A model generated the notes under the pieces. The model was not told the origin of the DNA and did no database searches. It saw only the letters and a program-made list of their open reading frames with translations. From Wolbachia endosymbiont strain TRS of Brugia malayi (GTDB lineage: Bacteria > Pseudomonadota > Alphaproteobacteria > Rickettsiales > Anaplasmataceae), in assembly GCF_000008385.1 (NCBI RefSeq), contig NC_006833.1:300001-332000 (forward strand): a DNA stretch of 32,000 nucleotides. The letters are read 5' to 3'. Every line of letters begins with the position of its first letter. The first letter of the stretch is position 1. Shown piece after piece: positions 28,410-32,000 of this stretch. The position numbers and the translations under genes were made by a program.

Positions 28410-29609
28410 ATGTTAATTAATACAACATCAGAGCTGGAAGATATATGTGAAGAGTTAATAGCAAAAAAGCCGAAGTTTATAGCAGCTGACACGGAGTTCA
28501 TTAGAAATCACTTAACTTACTATCCAAGATTGTCGTTAATTCAGATTTCTTACGGAGAGAAGAGTTTTATTGTAGATGCATTAGCGCCAGAGGTTGATTT
28601 ATCATTTATTAAGAAAATCATGCTCAATCGGGAAATAACTAAAGTATTTCATAGTTGTCGGCAGGATATAGAATCCTTATTCACTGTGTTTAAGTGTATT
28701 CCTGCTCCCATTTTTGATACCCAAGTTGCTGCTATGTTTTGTCATTATTATCACGACTTTATTGGTTACTCAAAAGTAGTAGAGCAATATCAAGGGGTAG
28801 TATTAGATAAAATTAAAGCTAAAAATTCAGACTGGTTAAGAAGGCCATTGTCTAAGGATCAGTTAGACTACGCAATAAGTGACGTGGTACACCTATATGA
28901 CTTACACCAAATATTGTGCGATAGACTTGAAGAAAGTGGTAGAATGGGCTGGTTTCACGAGGAGATGGAATCAGTGGTTGATATAAATAAATATTTACAT
29001 AGTCCAAAAGATGCATGGAAGAGGATTAAGTTTAATTATGAGGCAAATCCAAAATTGATGATAATTATTAAAGCGGTTAGTGAATGGCAAGAGACCTTAG
29101 CACAGCGTTATAATATAAATCGTAATAAGATAGTGAACAATGCCGTAGTAGCTGGTTTTTTTGAAAAAAACGTGGAACACGTTGATGAAGTTTTGGATGA
29201 TCTTAGGAAGAACACAAAAAATATAAGAGAGGAGGATTTATTAGAATTTATAGATGTTTTTAATGAGAATGAGAAAAATTTTGTGCAGCAAGATTATACT
29301 CTATCAAATAGTTATGATAGATCTGTATTCGATATGCTCTCAATTATTTTAGAAAGCAAATGTAAAGAAAATAATATATCAAGAAAATTGGTTTCATCAA
29401 AAGATGAATTAGTTGGGTCAATGTCTGGGCAGGTAGACAAACTATTTAAGGGATGGAGGTATGATTTTTTTGGCAGGTCAGTTAAGTCATTTTTGAATGC
29501 AAATTCAAAGTTTGAAATTTCAGTGGTAAAATCTACAAATAATACAGTCAAAATTCAGAGTGATTTAATAAAAGCAAGTTGTGGATTGAAATCAACTGCT
29601 GAGGCTTAA
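28410..29609 (+). CDS. rnd: Ribonuclease D
   Basis: 399 aa. DEDDy exonuclease motifs (AADTEF, LIQIS, FHSCRQDIE, YAISDVVHL) followed by an HRDC-like region. Confidence 0.88.
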   Translation: MLINTTSELEDICEELIAKKPKFIAADTEFIRNHLTYYPRLSLIQISYGEKSFIVDALAPEVDLSFIKKIMLNREITKVFHSCRQDIESLFTVFKCIPAPIFDTQVAAMFCHYYHDFIGYSKVVEQYQGVVLDKIKAKNSDWLRRPLSKDQLDYAISDVVHLYDLHQILCDRLEESGRMGWFHEEMESVVDINKYLHSPKDAWKRIKFNYEANPKLMIIIKAVSEWQETLAQRYNINRNKIVNNAVVAGFFEKNVEHVDEVLDDLRKNTKNIREEDLLEFIDVFNENEKNFVQQDYTLSNSYDRSVFDMLSIILESKCKENNISRKLVSSKDELVGSMSGQVDKLFKGWRYDFFGRSVKSFLNANSKFEISVVKSTNNTVKIQSDLIKASCGLKSTAEA

Positions 29610-30179
29610 CGAGTCTACTATATCTTTTACTTGAGAGAGAACATGTTCTTTACTTGTACTGGTATCAATGGTAAAGTCACTCATCTGCCTTTTTTCTTTG
29701 ACAGGTAGTTGAATACTGGAAATTAGATCTAGCTTTTCTTTATCTATATTACGTTCACTGAGCCTTTGAGCTTGTGCGGCACTATCTGCATAGATGAAAA
29801 TAATAAAGTCGCAATATAAATGAAATCTCGTTTCCAGCAAAAGTGGAACGTCTAGAACTAAGAGCTTCCTATTGATCTCTTTATCCTGAGCAATAAAAAT
29901 TTCTAGTTCATTTTGCACAGCTGAATGGACTAAGGATTGGAATTGCTTCCAATTTTCATCATAATCTAAGAAATATTTGGACAATACTGTTTTATCTATT
30001 TCACCATTTGCTATCGCTCCAGGGAAATTTTTCTCTGCGTAGCTTATTATGTTTTTGTCCACTCTGTAAAGCTGGTGTACAATAAAATCAGCATCAAACA
30101 CAGCAGCACCGAATTCTTTAAAGCAATTGGCTATAAAACTCTTCCCTACTCCAATTCCTCCTGTTAGACCTATAATCAT
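29592..30179 (-). CDS. coaE: Dephospho-CoA kinase
   Basis: 195 aa. MIIGLTGGIGVGKS P-loop and VLDVPLLLE. The 3' end overlaps the rnd 3' end by 18 nt (convergent). Confidence 0.92.
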   Translation of the reverse strand: MIIGLTGGIGVGKSFIANCFKEFGAAVFDADFIVHQLYRVDKNIISYAEKNFPGAIANGEIDKTVLSKYFLDYDENWKQFQSLVHSAVQNELEIFIAQDKEINRKLLVLDVPLLLETRFHLYCDFIIFIYADSAAQAQRLSERNIDKEKLDLISSIQLPVKEKRQMSDFTIDTSTSKEHVLSQVKDIVDSLSLSS

Positions 30180-30345
30180 ATAACAAAAAACACATTATGA
30201 AGCTATACCTACAGTAGCTGCTTTTTTTTGTGTGTCTACTTAAAACCCAAATTTGCTGCGTAGTTCTGATAGTATCGAAAGAAAATAAACAGCTATTATT
30301 TTTTTAGTAATTAAATAAAATAGAATAAAAGATTACGAGGAAGCT

Positions 30346-31749
30346 TTGAAAAATAAGATAAAAAAAATGATAATTTCAGGAAAGGAAGTGTGGCCAATCA
30401 TCGAGGGCGGTAAAGGTATTGCAGTTAGTGATGGAGGATCGAGCGGAGCATTTGCTGCAGCAGATGCTGTTGGAACGTTTTCTGGTGCAAATGCCAAGCT
30501 TATTGATGATAACGGTGAGTTAGTGCCATTGGTTTACAAAGGTAAAACAAGAAATGAAAAACATGAAGAATTGATTGAGTATAGTATTGGGGCTGGAGTT
30601 AGTCAGGCAAGAATAGCAAATGAAATATCAAAAGGTCGTGGAAGAGTACATATGAATGTGCTTTGGGAGATGGGAGCGGCAGAACGTGTACTTCATGGTA
30701 TATTAGAAAAAGCAAAGGGCTTAGTCCATGGTATTACCTGTGGTGCTGGTATGCCTTACAGGCTTGGAGAAATTGCAGCCAAATATCAGGTTTATTATTA
30801 CCCTATTATTTCATCGGTACGTGCTTTTAAAGCATTGTGGAAACGTGCTTATCAAAGAATATCTTCTTTTTTGCTCGGTGGAGTAGTATATGAGGATCCG
30901 TGGCTTGCTGGAGGGCATAATGGATTAAGTAATAGTGAGAACCCGGAGTTACCACAAGCTCCATTTGAGAGAGTTGTGGAACTTAGGTCTTTTATGAACG
31001 AGATCGGTCTTTCAGAAACACCAATTGTTATGGCGGGGGGAGTGTGGCGTTTAAAAGATTGGGAACATTGGTTTGACAATCTGCAAATCGGACCAATAGC
31101 TTTTCAGTTTGGCACTCGTCTGCTTTTAACGAAAGAAAGCCCAATTTCCGCAGAGTGGAAAAAGAAGCTGTTGACTTTGGAAGAAGGTGATGTGTTTTTA
31201 AATAAATTCAGTCCAACAGGGTTTTACTCATCTGCAGTAAGAAATAACTTCATACGTGAGTTACAGGAACGGAATTCACGTCAAATAAAATTCTCAGAAA
31301 ATGCCAGCGAAGAGTTCGATAGTGAATTTGCGATTGGTGCAAGAGGTAGAAATATTTACCTTACTTCAAAAGATAAGGAACTGGCAGATACATGGAGTAA
31401 AGCAGGATATACAGAAGCAATGAGAACTCCAGATACAACTGTTATTTTTGTAACACCAGACAAATTTGCAGAGATCAGGCGAGATCAAATCAATTGCATG
31501 GGGTGTTTAAGCCATTGTTTATTTAGTAATTGGAAAGATCATGGTGACTATTCAACAGGGCGAAAGCCAGATCCGCGGAGTTTTTGTATACAAAAGACAC
31601 TGCAAAACATTATACATGACGGCAATATTGAAAATGAGCTCATGTTTTCTGGGCACAGTGTTTACAGATTCAAGCAAGATCCGTTTTATGAGAACGGCTA
31701 CATACCGACAGTAAAAGAGCTGGTGGAAAGAATATTGACAGGATATTAA
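30346..31749 (+). CDS. Nitronate monooxygenase (2-nitropropane dioxygenase)-family FMN oxidoreductase, long form
   Basis: 467 aa. WPIIEGGKGIAVS, ITCGAGMPY and VMAGGVW, characteristic of the NMO/IMPDH-like TIM-barrel family. The TTG start at 30346 is preceded by GAGGA. An alternative ATG lies at 30367. Confidence 0.7.
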   Translation: MKNKIKKMIISGKEVWPIIEGGKGIAVSDGGSSGAFAAADAVGTFSGANAKLIDDNGELVPLVYKGKTRNEKHEELIEYSIGAGVSQARIANEISKGRGRVHMNVLWEMGAAERVLHGILEKAKGLVHGITCGAGMPYRLGEIAAKYQVYYYPIISSVRAFKALWKRAYQRISSFLLGGVVYEDPWLAGGHNGLSNSENPELPQAPFERVVELRSFMNEIGLSETPIVMAGGVWRLKDWEHWFDNLQIGPIAFQFGTRLLLTKESPISAEWKKKLLTLEEGDVFLNKFSPTGFYSSAVRNNFIRELQERNSRQIKFSENASEEFDSEFAIGARGRNIYLTSKDKELADTWSKAGYTEAMRTPDTTVIFVTPDKFAEIRRDQINCMGCLSHCLFSNWKDHGDYSTGRKPDPRSFCIQKTLQNIIHDGNIENELMFSGHSVYRFKQDPFYENGYIPTVKELVERILTGY

Positions 31750-32000
31750 GTTATGTTTGAGTTGATAAGGAAGCATTGCTTTATTATAGTAAGTATTTAT
31801 TAATTTAATTTTAATTTGGAAAAGTGTCTATGCTAGCGAGCAGGAGTATTTTAGAAGGGTATGCATTGGCCTATTAAAAATTTTGGTGGTACAGTAACGT
31901 TAAAGGGTTTTTACAATTTTGTGATGTATGAAACGCAACAGATTGGAATGAGGAGAATTTTGAAAGATTATATAAAGGATTTGTGTGCTCGGATTTAAGC

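Overview
AT-rich, gene-dense chromosomal window. The gene content and a characteristic hairpin repeat (core GTNATCCCAGTGCTTGACACTGGGATCCAG, which translates as [10 protein letters not shown]) point to an Anaplasmataceae endosymbiont, most likely Wolbachia. That assignment is from memory, not from a search. About 30 intact housekeeping genes are present: trmD (5' partial)-rplS, pstA-purQ, lipB, rpe, tRNA-Arg(UCU), an NDUFA9-like SDR, murF, a HIT protein, nuoA-nuoB-nuoC-mdh, tatD, rppH, rsfS, tyrS, ruvA-ruvB, mpg, purF, a PyrK-like NAD/Fe-S fragment, 5-formyl-THF cyclo-ligase, mutS, rnd, coaE and an NMO-family flavoprotein. Between them lie at least six decayed genes: an LD-carboxypeptidase, an unidentified gene upstream of rppH, a three-pseudogene islet between tyrS and ruvA (unnamed family, RhuM, SWIM zinc finger), and a Fic/DOC gene with a mutated catalytic motif. 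Two orphan ORFs with no family I recognise (8923-9897 and 20104-21000) carry plausible expression signals. Copies of a short palindromic repeat are dispersed through the window, and one sits in-frame inside an otherwise intact mutS. I found no CRISPR array, transposase, integrase, prophage structural gene or rRNA. I do not see an intact multi-gene novel system. The best leads are the in-frame repeat in mutS, the two orphan ORFs (speculative secreted-effector candidates) and the pattern of decaying Fic/RhuM/SWIM accessory genes. All homology calls come from motif recognition by eye, with no database search.
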